48,649 bases of DNA from Candidatus Methylomirabilis sp. (GTDB lineage: Bacteria > Methylomirabilota > Methylomirabilia > Methylomirabilales > Methylomirabilaceae): the NCBI GenBank assembly GCA_041498975.1, contig JBGQJI010000003.1:1-48649 (forward strand), written 5' to 3'. Below the pieces are notes generated by a model. The model was not told the DNA's origin, made no database searches, and saw only the letters and a program-made list of their open reading frames with translations. The translations under genes and the position numbers were made by a program. Shown one piece after another: positions 21,964 to 32,612 of this stretch. The first letter of the stretch is position 1. Each line of letters opens with the position of its first letter.

Positions 21964-22623
21964 GTGGCCGCTTCGCCTCGTCGTTCGTGCATCGCCTGCC
22001 GGGCAGTCCGGCCCAAGGCGGAGCTGGTCCGCGTGCATCCCGGTCCCGGCGGGTCGCTGAGCGTCGATCTGGGCGGTGGATCTGGTCGCGGCGCGTATAT
22101 CTGTCCGCGACGCTCCTGCCTGGAGCAGGCGGTGAAGCGTGGTGAGTTTGCGCGCTCCCTGAGGGTGGCGCTCGCACCCGTACAGGTGGAGTCGCTTGAA
22201 TCGTTGATCCGGGAGCGGGCCTCCCGCAAGGTCGCCTCACTTCTCGGGCTTGCCCGCCGAGCCAGGAAGGTCGTTTCAGGGGCAGAGGCGGTGGAAGCGG
22301 CCTTGAAACGGCGGACAGCTCGATTGGTCTTGACGGCCCCGGACGCGTCGGTAAGTTCGGTCGCGAAGATCCGGGCTTCGGCAGCACAGGCGGGGACCGT
22401 GTGCCGGCCCGGCCTCGTCAAGGAGGAGTTGGGGGCTGCCGTCGGGGGCGCACCTCGTGCGTGTGTTGCGGTAACGGATGTCCACTTCGCAGAGGCGGTG
22501 ATGTCGGTTCTGGGAAAGATCCCAAATGAGACAGGTGCGGGAGGCGGCCCTCACGGTGAGGACTTCGATTCACTGGGCCGAACCTCGGAAGGCATGGAGG
22601 TGATCCGGCGTGGGGATGATTAG
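21964..22623 (+). CDS. YlxR (DUF448/RnpM) - L7Ae (YlxQ) fusion protein
   Basis: N-terminal RSCIACR...ELVR...GRGAYIC...C; C-terminal [15 protein letters not shown]...ELGAAVG; between nusA and infB. Confidence 0.88.
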   Translation: MAASPRRSCIACRAVRPKAELVRVHPGPGGSLSVDLGGGSGRGAYICPRRSCLEQAVKRGEFARSLRVALAPVQVESLESLIRERASRKVASLLGLARRARKVVSGAEAVEAALKRRTARLVLTAPDASVSSVAKIRASAAQAGTVCRPGLVKEELGAAVGGAPRACVAVTDVHFAEAVMSVLGKIPNETGAGGGPHGEDFDSLGRTSEGMEVIRRGDD

Positions 22624-25018
22624 GGTCTACGAGCTGGCCAAAGCGCTCGATATGCCCAGCAAGGAGCTCCTGGACCGGCTCAACAAGGCGGGCCTAAAGC
22701 TCAAGAGCCACATCAGCAACGTAGATGAGGAGCGTGCGAGGGCGGCCTTGACATCCGAGGCACCGAAGAAGAAGGCCCGCTCCAGTTCGAAAGCTGTGGA
22801 GTCCGCTCCTCCAACTCACGTGGCGCCTGCCAGGCCTGGGGCCAAACCACATGCCAGGACGGGCAAGGCCGAAGGGCCGGCTGCGACCACGGATAAGGTC
22901 CCGGCCGGCAGGCTGGCCGGGCCGAAGCTTGCTGAGGCGAAGCCGAAACCACGGCCTGGGCCCATCGCAGCACGGAAGCCCGCGCCGAAGCCGGCCCCGG
23001 CCGGGCCGAGGGTTCGTCAGAAGCCCGATGTGCCTCCTTCACCGCAAGCATCCGGCGTGACGGCGGTCCTCAAACAGCCGCCTGCAACGGCACCCAAGGC
23101 GACCGTCAAGCCCCCATCGGCCCCGGCGGCAGTGAAGGTGGAGGCGCCGATCAGTCAGGCACCTCCTCCGCCGGTCCGCGTGCCGGAGGAGGCGGTGACC
23201 GCTGCTGCCCCATCGCCTCAGCCCCCGATTCAGGCGGAGATCACCGAGCCCGAGGCGCCCGCTCCACCGCGGCCGACCGTCCAGATTTCGGAGGCGATCA
23301 CCGTCAAGGAGCTGGCGGAGAAGCTCCAGGCGAGCCCGAGTGAGATCATCAAGAAGTTGATCAAGGTGGGGATCCTGACCACGATCAACCAGCCCCTGGA
23401 CGTGGAGTTGGTGAAGACCGCAGCGGACAAGCTGGGATTCACGGTTGAAGTGACGTCCCTGGAGGAGACCGCGACAGAGGCGAAAGAGGTCGAGGATCCT
23501 TCGCTCCTGCAGCCCAGACCGCCGGTGGTCACGATCATGGGCCACGTCGATCACGGCAAGACCTCCCTGCTCGACGCGATCCGGCAGACCAATGTCATGG
23601 CCTCGGAGGCGGGTGGGATCACGCAACATATCGGCGCCTATCAGGTCGATCTGCCCAATGGGAAGGTCACGTTCCTGGACACGCCGGGGCACGAGGCGTT
23701 CACCGCCATGCGTGCGCGTGGGGCTCAGGCGACCGACATCGTGGTCCTCGTGGTGGCGGCCGACGACGGGGTGATGCCCCAGACCATCGAGGGGATCAAC
23801 CACGCCAAGGATGCCAAGGTCCCGATCCTGGTCGCGATCAACAAGATAGATAAGCCCGGCGCCGATCCGAACCGTGTGAGGCAACAACTGGCGGAATATG
23901 GTTTGGTGCCGGAAGAGTGGGGAGGGCAGACGATCTTCGTGGAAGTCTCGGCCAAGAAAAAGGTCGGGATCGAGCACCTTCTGGAGATGTTGCTCCTGCT
24001 CGCGGAGATCCAGGAACTGAAGGCGAATCCCCATAGACAAGCGAAGGGGGTGATCGTGGAAGCCGAGCTGGATCGCGGGCGGGGTCCGGTTGCCACAGTG
24101 CTGGTGCAGAAGGGAACCCTCAAGGTGGGAGACGTGATCATCGCCGGGTTGCATTCGGGCCGGGTGCGGGCCATGATCAATGACAAGGGGAAAAAGGTCC
24201 AGGAGGCCGGACCTGCCGCCCCGGTGGAGGTGCTGGGGCTGTCAGGTGTCGCGATGGCCGGGGATACCTTTCTCGTCGTGGCTGACGAGCGGAAGGGCCG
24301 GCAGATCGCGCTCGGCCGGCAGCAGAAACATCGTGAGGAGATGATCGTCTCGAAGCGACGAGTGACCTTGGAAGACCTACACCGCCGCATCCAGGAGGGA
24401 GAGGTCAAAGAGCTCCGCATGATCATCAAGGGGGACGTCCAGGGTTCCATCGGGCCTCTCCGAGAATCCCTGGAGCGGATCAGCACCGAGGCGGTCAAGC
24501 TGAAAGTGATCCACTCCTCCGTCGGCGCCGTCAACGAAACAGACGTGATGCTGGCGTCAGCCTCCAACGCCGTCATCGTAGGATTCAACGTTCGGCCGGA
24601 CCCAAAGGCCCAGAGGCTGGCCGAGCAGGAGAAAGTCGAGGTCCGGCTCTACACGGTCATCTATGATGCCATCAGCGAGATCCGGGGGGCGATGGAAGGC
24701 CTGCTCGAGCCAAAGTATGTCGAACGGCCGGTGGGCCGTGTGGAGGTCCGCCAGGTCTTTCAAGTGCCCAGAGTGGGGGTCATTGCCGGCTCATTCGTGA
24801 TGGAGGGCAAGGTCACTCGGGACAGCCCGGTCCGCATCGTCCGCGATGGCAAGGTAGTGCACGAGGGGAAGGTCGGGTCCCTTCGCCGCTTTAAGGAGGA
24901 CGTCCGGGAGGTGCAGAACGGCTTCGAGTGTGGCATCGGCCTGATGAACTTCAACGACATCAAGGTTGGCGATGTCCTGGAAGTCTATGAACTCGAAGCC
25001 GTCGCTCAGAAATTATAG
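22610..25018 (+). CDS. infB: Translation initiation factor IF-2
   Basis: RVYELAK N-domain, [37 protein letters not shown]. Confidence 0.99.
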   Translation: MGMIRVYELAKALDMPSKELLDRLNKAGLKLKSHISNVDEERARAALTSEAPKKKARSSSKAVESAPPTHVAPARPGAKPHARTGKAEGPAATTDKVPAGRLAGPKLAEAKPKPRPGPIAARKPAPKPAPAGPRVRQKPDVPPSPQASGVTAVLKQPPATAPKATVKPPSAPAAVKVEAPISQAPPPPVRVPEEAVTAAAPSPQPPIQAEITEPEAPAPPRPTVQISEAITVKELAEKLQASPSEIIKKLIKVGILTTINQPLDVELVKTAADKLGFTVEVTSLEETATEAKEVEDPSLLQPRPPVVTIMGHVDHGKTSLLDAIRQTNVMASEAGGITQHIGAYQVDLPNGKVTFLDTPGHEAFTAMRARGAQATDIVVLVVAADDGVMPQTIEGINHAKDAKVPILVAINKIDKPGADPNRVRQQLAEYGLVPEEWGGQTIFVEVSAKKKVGIEHLLEMLLLLAEIQELKANPHRQAKGVIVEAELDRGRGPVATVLVQKGTLKVGDVIIAGLHSGRVRAMINDKGKKVQEAGPAAPVEVLGLSGVAMAGDTFLVVADERKGRQIALGRQQKHREEMIVSKRRVTLEDLHRRIQEGEVKELRMIIKGDVQGSIGPLRESLERISTEAVKLKVIHSSVGAVNETDVMLASASNAVIVGFNVRPDPKAQRLAEQEKVEVRLYTVIYDAISEIRGAMEGLLEPKYVERPVGRVEVRQVFQVPRVGVIAGSFVMEGKVTRDSPVRIVRDGKVVHEGKVGSLRRFKEDVREVQNGFECGIGLMNFNDIKVGDVLEVYELEAVAQKL

Positions 25019-25026
25019 AGAGGTCT

Positions 25027-25091
25027 CGGGTTTCGAGTTTCGGGTTGCGAGTTATTCCTAACACGAAACCCGGGACTCGTAACTCGAAACT
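25027..25091. repeat. Inverted heptamer array (CGRGTTN / NAACYCG)
   Basis: CGGGTTT-CGAGTTT-CGGGTTG-CGAGTTA, 4-nt loop, TAACACG-AAACCCG-GGACTCG-TAACTCG. Confidence 0.8.
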
Positions 25092-25100
25092 GTTTTAGCC

Positions 25101-25388
25101 ATGACCGTCGGAACCTGCCGGGTAGAACTGCACATCGCTGGCAATACCTCTCTCAAGGGCAAGCGGCGGGTTGTCAAGAGCATTAAGGATCGCGTCCAAG
25201 GCCGCTTCAACGTCTCCATTGCCGAGGTCGATCGTCTTGATGACTGGCAACGCGCCACGCTGGGGATCGCCTGCGTCAGCAACAATTCTCGCCTCGTGGA
25301 TGAGACCCTGAGCAAGGTGGTGAACTTCATCGAGGGGCACGCTGAGGCCCTGATCCTCGATTACGAAATCGACCTGGTGACCCATTGA
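25101..25388 (+). CDS. DUF503 (YlxP) family protein
   Basis: SLKGKRRVVKS...FNVSIAEV...D.WQ; position between infB and rbfA. Confidence 0.92.
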   Translation: MTVGTCRVELHIAGNTSLKGKRRVVKSIKDRVQGRFNVSIAEVDRLDDWQRATLGIACVSNNSRLVDETLSKVVNFIEGHAEALILDYEIDLVTH

Positions 25389-25424
25389 GCCCGACCGCTT
25401 CTGCCGGCCAGGGAAGAGGCGCTG

Positions 25425-25787
25425 ATGCAAGGCAAGCGCGCTGATCGCGTCGGCGTCGTGATTCAAGAAGAGATCAGTCGTCTGATCCTGCGTTCGGTCA
25501 AGGATCCGAGGATCGGTTTCGTGACGGTCACCCGTGTGAAGGTGAGCGATGATCTTCGGACCGCCAGGATCTATGTCTCCTCGGCAGCAAGCGGGGAGGC
25601 GCATCGCCGGGAGACGCTGATCGGCCTGAAGAGCGCAGCCGGCTACCTCCGGGGCGAGTTGGGGCGCCGGCTTTGCCTTCGCTATTCGCCGGAACTCCTC
25701 TTCCTGCCCGATGACTCGCTGGAAGAAGAGCTGCACCTGGCTGAGCTGTTCCGCCAGATCAAGGCCGACAGCACGACGGAGCCGTGA
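25425..25787 (+). CDS. rbfA: Ribosome-binding factor A
   Basis: KDPRIGFVTVTRV..S.DL, LRYSPELLF.PDDS. Confidence 0.97.
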   Translation: MQGKRADRVGVVIQEEISRLILRSVKDPRIGFVTVTRVKVSDDLRTARIYVSSAASGEAHRRETLIGLKSAAGYLRGELGRRLCLRYSPELLFLPDDSLEEELHLAELFRQIKADSTTEP

Positions 25788-26662
25788 CGATGGCGAGTCG
25801 TGTGGACCTGCACCTTCACACCACGGCCTCCGACGGCGCGCTCCGACCGGCGGAGCTGGTGCAGGCCGCTGCCCTCATCGGGATCCGCGTCATGGCCGTC
25901 ACCGACCACGACAGCGTCGACGGGCTTCGAGAGGCGCAGGCGGCAGCCCGCGCTCTTCCGATCGAGGTGATCCCGGGGATCGAGGTGAGCGCCACCGCGA
26001 ACGGTGACGAGGTCCATGTCCTCGGCTACTTCCTTGACCCGGAGGACGCCTCTCTGCGGGAGGCCCTTTGCCGGCTTCAGGAGGGCCGAATCGCGCAAGC
26101 CCGAGCAATGGTGGAGAGGCTGGGAGACCTGGCCTGCCCGCTCGATTGGAACCGTGTGATGTCGATCGCGCAGGGGGGTTCAGTGGGACGCCCCCATATC
26201 GCCAGGGCCCTCGTGGAGCGCGGATACGTCAAGTCGGTGGACGAGGCCTTCTCGCGTTTCCTGAGACGGAGGGGCCCGGGCTATGTTGAGGGGCAGAAGC
26301 TCCTTCCCGAGGCGGCGGTCAACCTGATCAGGAAGGCGGGCGGCGTCGCATGCCTGGCACATCCGATCATCGTGGGCGCAAGCGACTATCGCCTGGACCT
26401 CGCGCGACTGCTCCCGGCCATGGCCGAGGCGGGCCTGGAAGGGGTCGAGGTCTACTATAAGGGGTACACTCCAGAGATCACGGCATCGCTGCTCTCCCTG
26501 GCCTGTCGGCATCGATTGATTCCAACCGGCGGGAGCGATTTTCACGGCGGCGGGGTGGTCGCCGACGCCAAGCTGGGGGCGGTAGAGGTCCCGTGGGAGA
26601 CCGTGGAACGCCTGCGGTCCCGCCAGCGTGGGACCGGCTGCGCGCCTCCCGTGGCTGGGTAA
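25784..26662 (+). CDS. PHP-domain metallophosphoesterase (YciV/TrpH/RNase AM-like)
   Basis: DLHLHTTASDG, AVTDHD, IPGIEVS, HVLGY, GRPHIA, LAHP, TGGSDFHG. Confidence 0.9.
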   Translation: MTMASRVDLHLHTTASDGALRPAELVQAAALIGIRVMAVTDHDSVDGLREAQAAARALPIEVIPGIEVSATANGDEVHVLGYFLDPEDASLREALCRLQEGRIAQARAMVERLGDLACPLDWNRVMSIAQGGSVGRPHIARALVERGYVKSVDEAFSRFLRRRGPGYVEGQKLLPEAAVNLIRKAGGVACLAHPIIVGASDYRLDLARLLPAMAEAGLEGVEVYYKGYTPEITASLLSLACRHRLIPTGGSDFHGGGVVADAKLGAVEVPWETVERLRSRQRGTGCAPPVAG

Positions 26663-26687
26663 ACTCCGGCATGTCAGAAGGACACTC

Positions 26688-27629
26688 ATGGAACTGAGCG
26701 GTGTCTTGAACATCAACAAGCCTGAGGGGATGACCTCCCACGATGTGGTGGACGTCGTGCGGCGGTTCCTGAAGATCCGTCGTGTGGGTCACACGGGGAC
26801 CCTCGACCCGCGCGCGACCGGCGTCCTCCCGCTCTGCGTTGGACGGGCTACTCGGATCGCCCAATTCCTCACTCAGGCCGACAAGGAGTACCTGATCACC
26901 GTGCGGCTGGGGATCACCACCGACACTTTGGACGCGGATGGGAAGGTGCTGTCCCGGACCGACGAGATCGAGGTGGACCCGGTCAAGCTGCGGGAGATCC
27001 TGAAGGGATTCGTCGGAGAGATCCAGCAGGTGCCGCCTCTCTTTTCCGCCAAGAAGCATCACGGGGAGCGACTCTATCGTCTGGCCCGTCGCGGCGAGAC
27101 CGTGGAACGGGAACCGATTACGCTGACGATCTACGAGCTTACGCTCCTTTCGATCGAGCTACCCTTTTTCAGGATCCAGGTAAGCTGTTCAAAGGGGACC
27201 TATGCCCGCACGCTGTGCGATGACATCGGCCGGGCGCTCGGATGCGGCGCACACCTCTACGCATTGACACGGGTCCGCTCAGGCCGCTTTCTCCTCGAGG
27301 AGGCTCTGACCCTGGAACAGCTCAGGCAGGTCGTCGATGAGGGGCGCATCCGAGAGGTGTTGATCCCGATCGGGGACGCGCTGGGGCACCTTCCCGCTGC
27401 CAGGATCCACCCCGAGTCCTCTCGCGCGGTCGTCCAAGGAAGCGGGACGGTGGCCGCCGCGCTCCTCAGCTTCCCCCCTGAGGTGGAGAAGGGGGACCTG
27501 GTTCGCGTGCTGGGGTACCGGCGCCAGCTTCTGTCCCTTGCCGAGGCGACGGTGGCCGGCCGGGAGTTCGCGGCGACCGATCCGCGCCGGGTCGTCCTCA
27601 AACCGGTGCGGGTCCTGGCCGGGCAATGA
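26688..27629 (+). CDS. truB: tRNA pseudouridine(55) synthase TruB
   Basis: NKPEGMTSHDVV, GHTGTLDP, QVPPLFSA, CSKGTY; C-terminal PUA-like region. Confidence 0.98.
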   Translation: MELSGVLNINKPEGMTSHDVVDVVRRFLKIRRVGHTGTLDPRATGVLPLCVGRATRIAQFLTQADKEYLITVRLGITTDTLDADGKVLSRTDEIEVDPVKLREILKGFVGEIQQVPPLFSAKKHHGERLYRLARRGETVEREPITLTIYELTLLSIELPFFRIQVSCSKGTYARTLCDDIGRALGCGAHLYALTRVRSGRFLLEEALTLEQLRQVVDEGRIREVLIPIGDALGHLPAARIHPESSRAVVQGSGTVAAALLSFPPEVEKGDLVRVLGYRRQLLSLAEATVAGREFAATDPRRVVLKPVRVLAGQ

Positions 27630-28588
27630 TCGTCGTTGAGCGGTTGGAGGACCTGCAACCCGACTATCCCTATCTGGTGGTGGCGCTCGGAACCTTCGAC
27701 GGAGTTCACCTCGGGCATCAGGAGATCTTCCGCCGGGTGGTACGGCGGGCCCGCCAGGAGCGGGGAACGGCGGCGGTCTTCACCTTCGCGCGGCACCCGC
27801 TCGAGGTGGTGAACCCTTCGAGAGCCCCTCAGCTCATTACGCCATTACCGATCAAGGGGGAGATCATTCAAGCGCTCGGCATCGACCTTCTGATGGCGGT
27901 CACCTTCACCCCCTTTCTGGCTGACACGCCGCCCCGCGATTTCGTCAAGACCTGCCTGGTCGATCGCCTCCGGGCACGATTCATCTGTGTCGGGTACGAC
28001 TTCGCCTTCGGCAAGGGTCGGGCCGGCTCCCCGGACACCCTGCGAACCCTGGGAGAAGAACACCAGTTCGGGCTCGATGTGGTCCCTGCAATGACGGTGG
28101 ACGGCCAGGTGGTGAGCTCGACCCTGATTCGCGGCCTGCTCTCCGGGGGTGAGCTGCTCCAGGCTGCCCGCTACCTCGGTCGGCCGTATGCGATTCGGGG
28201 GGAGGTCGAGCGGGGAGCGGGACGAGGAAGAGGGCTGGGCTATCCGACGGCGAACTTGCCGGCGACAGCCGATTTGCTCATTCCGGACGGCGTGTATGCC
28301 GGCCTGGCATGGTTCCGCAAGGGGCTGCGGCGCGCCCTGGTCAATATCGGGACGGCTCCGACCTTCGGCGGCGGCGTCCGACGGGTCGAAGTTCACCTGA
28401 TTCAGGCGAGCGAGGAGTTGTATGGGGAAACGCTTACCCTCTTCTTCCTTGCACGCATGCGGGAGGAACGGCGCTTCGAGACGCCCGAGCTGCTTCGACA
28501 GCAGATCGACTGCGACAGGAGGAAAGCGGAAGAGGTTTTTGCCGGTTTCCCCCGGTTTTCGCCGGAAGAATGGGCTTTACTCCCCTAA
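27626..28588 (+). CDS. ribF: Bifunctional riboflavin kinase / FAD synthetase
   Basis: GTFDGVHLGHQ, VGYDFAFG, VSST.IR, GYPTAN, GVYA, EVH. Confidence 0.98.
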   Translation: MIVVERLEDLQPDYPYLVVALGTFDGVHLGHQEIFRRVVRRARQERGTAAVFTFARHPLEVVNPSRAPQLITPLPIKGEIIQALGIDLLMAVTFTPFLADTPPRDFVKTCLVDRLRARFICVGYDFAFGKGRAGSPDTLRTLGEEHQFGLDVVPAMTVDGQVVSSTLIRGLLSGGELLQAARYLGRPYAIRGEVERGAGRGRGLGYPTANLPATADLLIPDGVYAGLAWFRKGLRRALVNIGTAPTFGGGVRRVEVHLIQASEELYGETLTLFFLARMREERRFETPELLRQQIDCDRRKAEEVFAGFPRFSPEEWALLP

Positions 28589-28625
28589 GGGGCTATGATA
28601 ATCTACCCGTGGATGCAGGTATCTC

Positions 28626-28830
28626 GTGACGTTCCAACTTGTTGCGGCGAATCGCCGACAGGTGTCCTGCTAAGAGTCATCGCGTTCCCTGGTGCCGTTC
28701 CAACTATTTGGCCTCACGATACAATGGTGTGTGGGCAGGTCAATCGGTCTTTGGAAAGCGTCATTGTGTGTCCGGAAAAGTTGGAACGGCACGAGGCTCA
28801 CCATGTTGACGTAACGAGTTGGAACGGCAC
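28626..28830. mobile_element. MITE-like element (outer copy) with a nested element at 28692-28792
   Basis: Outer ends GTGACGTTCCAACT (28626) and AGTTGGAACGGCAC (28817-28830); inner perfect 14-bp TIRs GTGCCGTTCCAACT (28692-28705) and AGTTGGAACGGCAC (28779-28792). Confidence 0.8.
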
Positions 28831-28859
28831 GACTTGAGAAGAAAGGAGGGGGTGGCCTC

Positions 28860-29129
28860 GTGGCCAAAGCAGCGGTAAACAAGCAAGAGACCATCGGGCA
28901 GTATCGACGTCATGACACCGACTCTGGCTCGCCGGAGGTACAGATCGCTCTGCTTACCGGGCGAATAGGGTATCTCACCGAGCACCTGACACTCCACAAG
29001 AAAGACTTTCACTCGAGGCGGGGATTGCTTCGTCTTGTCGGGCGACGCCGGAAGCTATTGGATTACGTGAGGAGCCAGGACTCAAACCGGTATAAGCAGA
29101 TCATCGAAAGGCTGGGAATTCGTAAATGA
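28860..29129 (+). CDS. rpsO: 30S ribosomal protein S15
   Basis: [32 protein letters not shown] upstream. Confidence 0.99.
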   Translation: MAKAAVNKQETIGQYRRHDTDSGSPEVQIALLTGRIGYLTEHLTLHKKDFHSRRGLLRLVGRRRKLLDYVRSQDSNRYKQIIERLGIRK

Positions 29130-31237
29130 GCTGTCGTGTCGAGCGGATCATCGAGGGCAAGTCTCTCAGTCTCGAGGCTGGGCGTGTGGCCAGGCAGGCC
29201 GACGGCGCCGTGTTGGTTCGGTATGGCGACACGGTCGTCCTGGTGACGGGGGTGGCGTCGAAACAACCACGGCAAGGGATCGATTTCTTTCCCCTCACGG
29301 TGGACTACCAGGAGCGAGCCTATGCCGCAGGGAAGATCCCCGGCGGTTTCTTCAAGCGGGAAGGACGGCCCCATGACAAGGAGACCCTCACCGCTCGCCT
29401 CATCGACCGCCCACTCCGCCCTCTCTTCCCGGAGGGCTATCGACAAGATGTCCAGATCATTGCGACCGTGTTATCCGCTGACCAGGAGAACGACCCTGAC
29501 GTCCTGGCGGTGCTCGGCGCGTCCGCCGCCCTGACCATCTCGCCGATCCCGTTCCTCGGGCCGATCGGCGCAGTCCGGGTGGGCCGGGTTGACGGCAGGT
29601 TCGTCCTCAACCCGACCTATGCGCAGTTGGAACGAACAGACATCGATCTCGTGGTCGCGGGGACCCGTACTGCTGTTGTGATGATCGAAGCAGGGGCCAA
29701 AGAGGTGTCCGAGGAGTCGATGGTCGAGGCGATCCAGTTCGGCCATAAGGGGATCCAAGCCCTGATCGACATGGTGCTGGAATTGGCGAAGCAGCTTGGG
29801 GTCGAGAAGGCGCACTTCGAAGTCCCGCCACCTGATCCTCAGTTGCATGAGCGGGTGAGCACCTTGGCCCGAGAGGAGCTTCGGACCCTCGCCGGGGTTG
29901 CGGAGAAGGAGGAGCATCGCACGCGTCGGCAGAAGCTCTATGACGAGGTCATGACCCATTTCGCCGATGAGCCGGATGATCGGAAGGCGGTGGCCAGACA
30001 TCTGTTTGAGCAGATCGAGCATGAGGAGTTGCGTCGCATGATCCTCGAGGAGGGACGGCGGGCGGACGGTCGGGGACTCGAGGACGTCAGACCGATCAGC
30101 GGCGAGGTCGGAGTGCTCCCGCGGACTCACGGGTCGGCCCTGTTTACCAGGGGTCAAACACAAGCCCTCGTGACCACCACCCTTGGCACGTCCGAAGATG
30201 AGCAGCGACTGGATGACATCGAGGGCGAAGGGACCAAGCGCTTCATGCTGCACTACAACTTTCCGCCGTTCAGCGTCGGTGAGGTGAGGTTCATGCGCGG
30301 GCCCGGTCGGCGGGAGATCGGACACGGGGCGCTGGCCGAGCGGGCCCTTGCGGCGGTCCTGCCGCCGAAGGAGGAGTTCCCCTATACCCTCCGGATCGTC
30401 TCAGATATCCTCGAGTCAAACGGGTCATCCTCCATGGCAACGGTGTGCGGGGCGAGCCTGAGCCTGATGGATGCAGGAGTCCCGATCCAGTCGGCGGTGG
30501 CGGGGGTGGCCATGGGGCTGGTTGTGGAAAAGGATCGGATGGCGATCCTGACCGATATCATCGGGCTCGAGGATCACCTGGGCGACATGGATTTCAAGGT
30601 GGCCGGTACCCGGAAGGGGGTCACCGCCCTTCAGATGGATATCAAGAGTCAGGGGATCGCGGCCGGCCACATGGCGCAGGCATTGGAGCACGCCAAGCGC
30701 GGCCGCCTGTACATCCTGAGCCAGATGGACCGGGCCATCGCGGAGCCAAGGCCGAGCATCTCGGTCTACGCCCCGAGGATCATCACCATCATGATCCCTG
30801 TGGATAAGATCCGGGATGTGATCGGTCCGGGAGGCAAGGTGATCCGTGGGATCGTGGCGGATTCCGGGGCGAAGATCGATATCTCTGACGACGGGCGGGT
30901 CGAGATCGCCTCGGTCGATGAGGCGGCGGCTCAGAAGGCGCTGTCGATCATCAGCAAGATCGTCGAGGTCCCCCAGGTCGGCAAGGTCTACCTCGGCAAG
31001 GTCGTCAAGATCATGGACTTCGGCGCCTTCGTGCAGATCCTTCCCGGGACCGATGGTCTCCTGCACATCTCCCAGATCGCCGAACAGCGGATAAAAAAGG
31101 TTGAGGAGGTCCTGTCGGAGGGGGACGAAGTCATGGTCAAGGTGATCGACATCGACAAGAGCGGGAAGATCCGGCTCAGTCGCAAAGAGGTGTTGGAATC
31201 GGAAGGGAAGCAGAAGGCCGAGCGGGGGTCTTCCTGA
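29126..31237 (+). CDS. pnp: Polyribonucleotide nucleotidyltransferase (PNPase)
   Basis: [46 protein letters not shown] and S1 domains. Confidence 0.99.
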   Translation: MSCRVERIIEGKSLSLEAGRVARQADGAVLVRYGDTVVLVTGVASKQPRQGIDFFPLTVDYQERAYAAGKIPGGFFKREGRPHDKETLTARLIDRPLRPLFPEGYRQDVQIIATVLSADQENDPDVLAVLGASAALTISPIPFLGPIGAVRVGRVDGRFVLNPTYAQLERTDIDLVVAGTRTAVVMIEAGAKEVSEESMVEAIQFGHKGIQALIDMVLELAKQLGVEKAHFEVPPPDPQLHERVSTLAREELRTLAGVAEKEEHRTRRQKLYDEVMTHFADEPDDRKAVARHLFEQIEHEELRRMILEEGRRADGRGLEDVRPISGEVGVLPRTHGSALFTRGQTQALVTTTLGTSEDEQRLDDIEGEGTKRFMLHYNFPPFSVGEVRFMRGPGRREIGHGALAERALAAVLPPKEEFPYTLRIVSDILESNGSSSMATVCGASLSLMDAGVPIQSAVAGVAMGLVVEKDRMAILTDIIGLEDHLGDMDFKVAGTRKGVTALQMDIKSQGIAAGHMAQALEHAKRGRLYILSQMDRAIAEPRPSISVYAPRIITIMIPVDKIRDVIGPGGKVIRGIVADSGAKIDISDDGRVEIASVDEAAAQKALSIISKIVEVPQVGKVYLGKVVKIMDFGAFVQILPGTDGLLHISQIAEQRIKKVEEVLSEGDEVMVKVIDIDKSGKIRLSRKEVLESEGKQKAERGSS

Positions 31238-31240
31238 TCC

Positions 31241-32494
31241 ATGACAACCGCTCTCTACAACCGCCGGGTGCTGCCGAACGGGATGGTGGTCCTCACCGAG
31301 CGGATGCCCTCCGTCAAATCGGCATCGATAGGGGTCTGGGTCAGGGTTGGGTCCAGGGACGAGGCGCCGGAGGTGGCCGGCGTGTCGCACTTCATCGAGC
31401 ACATGCTGTTCAAGGGGACGATTCGGCGAAGCGCCGAGGAGATCGCCAGGGCGGTGGATGCCGTTGGCGGCGCGTTGGACGCCTTCACCAGCCGGGAGAG
31501 CACCTGTTTCTATGCCAAGGTGCTGGGCGAGCATCTTCCCCTGGCCATCGACATCCTGGCCGATACCTTCCTCCACTCGCGCCTCGATCCCGACGACATC
31601 GATCGGGAACGGCAGGTGGTTCTCCAGGAGATCAAGATGGTGGAGGACACCCCGGATGACCTGGTCCACGACCTCTTCGCCGAGGCGATCTGGGGTGATC
31701 ATCCGGTGGCCAGACCGGTCCTGGGCCGGAAGGAGACCGTGCTCCTCCTGGCGCAGGCCGACATCCGGCGCCACATGGATCGCTTCTATCGGCCCGACCG
31801 CACGGTCGTGGCGGCAGCCGGCGACCTGGAGCACGAGCGGATGGTGGATCTGGTGCAGCGCGCCTTCGAGGGCTTTGAAGGCCGAAGCTTCCACTCCGAC
31901 CCGCCAACGCCGATCTCCACCGCGGCTGTGAGGATTGAGGAGCGAGACACCGCGCAGCTCCACCTGTGCCTGGGGATGGACGGTCTTCCCTACGCCCATG
32001 AGGATCGCTATGCCATCTACCTGCTGAATGCCCTGCTGGGCGGCAGCATGAGTTCCCGGCTCTTCCAGGAGGTTCGCGAGAAACGCGGCCTGGTCTACTC
32101 GATCTATTCCTACCAGGCCTCCTACCGCGACTGTGGCCTCCTGGTGGTCTACGCCGGGACCAGTCCAGAGTCCACGGGCCAGGTCGTGGACCTGATCCGC
32201 GCAGAGTGCGCCCGCCTTCGAAAGGATCCGCTCACTCCCGGCGATCTCCAACAGTTAAAGGATCAGCTCAAGGGCAACCTCTTTCTCGGTCTGGAGGGGA
32301 CCAGCAGCCGGATGACTCGCCTCGCCAAGACGGAGATTTATCTCGAGCGCAGCTATGATCTGGATGAGATCATCGCCGGGATTGAAGCGGTGTCGGTCGA
32401 TCACTTCCAGTCCGTCGCCAGGCGGATCTTGCGCGACGAGGCCTTTGCCATCACCTCCATCGGTCCTGTTCCCCAGGCCGCGCTGCTCTCCTGA
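31241..32494 (+). CDS. M16 family (pitrilysin-like) zinc peptidase
   Basis: GVSHFIEHMLFKGT (HxxEH), AFTSRE, SSRLFQEVREKRGLVYS; typical pnp neighbour. Confidence 0.95.
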   Translation: MTTALYNRRVLPNGMVVLTERMPSVKSASIGVWVRVGSRDEAPEVAGVSHFIEHMLFKGTIRRSAEEIARAVDAVGGALDAFTSRESTCFYAKVLGEHLPLAIDILADTFLHSRLDPDDIDRERQVVLQEIKMVEDTPDDLVHDLFAEAIWGDHPVARPVLGRKETVLLLAQADIRRHMDRFYRPDRTVVAAAGDLEHERMVDLVQRAFEGFEGRSFHSDPPTPISTAAVRIEERDTAQLHLCLGMDGLPYAHEDRYAIYLLNALLGGSMSSRLFQEVREKRGLVYSIYSYQASYRDCGLLVVYAGTSPESTGQVVDLIRAECARLRKDPLTPGDLQQLKDQLKGNLFLGLEGTSSRMTRLAKTEIYLERSYDLDEIIAGIEAVSVDHFQSVARRILRDEAFAITSIGPVPQAALLS

Positions 32495-32517
32495 CGGCCG
32501 ATCCGGCCGCATCTCTT

Positions 32518-32540
32518 CCTTCGACGAAGCTCAGGACAGG
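32518..32540. repeat. Single REP-like half element CCTTCGACGAAGCTCAGGACAGG
   Basis: Resembles the widespread CTTCGACAAGCTCAG intergenic repeat family (from recall); only one copy in the window. Confidence 0.45.
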
Positions 32541-32612
32541 CCCCGCTGGCTCGACGGGACGTCTTCGCTACCAAGTCGCCGGAGCCACGGGCATGGAGAA
32601 CGAGGACGAACG

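Noticed and set aside
22730..23280. Pro/Ala/Lys-rich low-complexity stretch in infB as an insertion or intein
   Set aside because: Variable low-complexity N-terminal linkers are normal in IF-2, and no intein motifs are present.
28595..28837. 80-aa ORF upstream of rpsO
   Set aside because: It runs across the nested inverted-repeat element, with no SD or protein-like features.
30425..32251. 608-aa minus-strand ORF, plus similar long antisense ORFs (17318-18694, 11384-12811, 42600-44117, 46330-47904)
   Set aside because: They lie opposite well-supported + strand genes and lack recognisable motifs. They are the expected shadow ORFs of GC-rich codon usage.
32355..32612. N-terminal extension of purB in the ORF track (also the extended starts for truB, hom, rpsE, rpsD, rplQ, purQ)
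   Set aside because: The extensions overlap upstream genes or spacers. Family N-termini and SD positions support the later starts.
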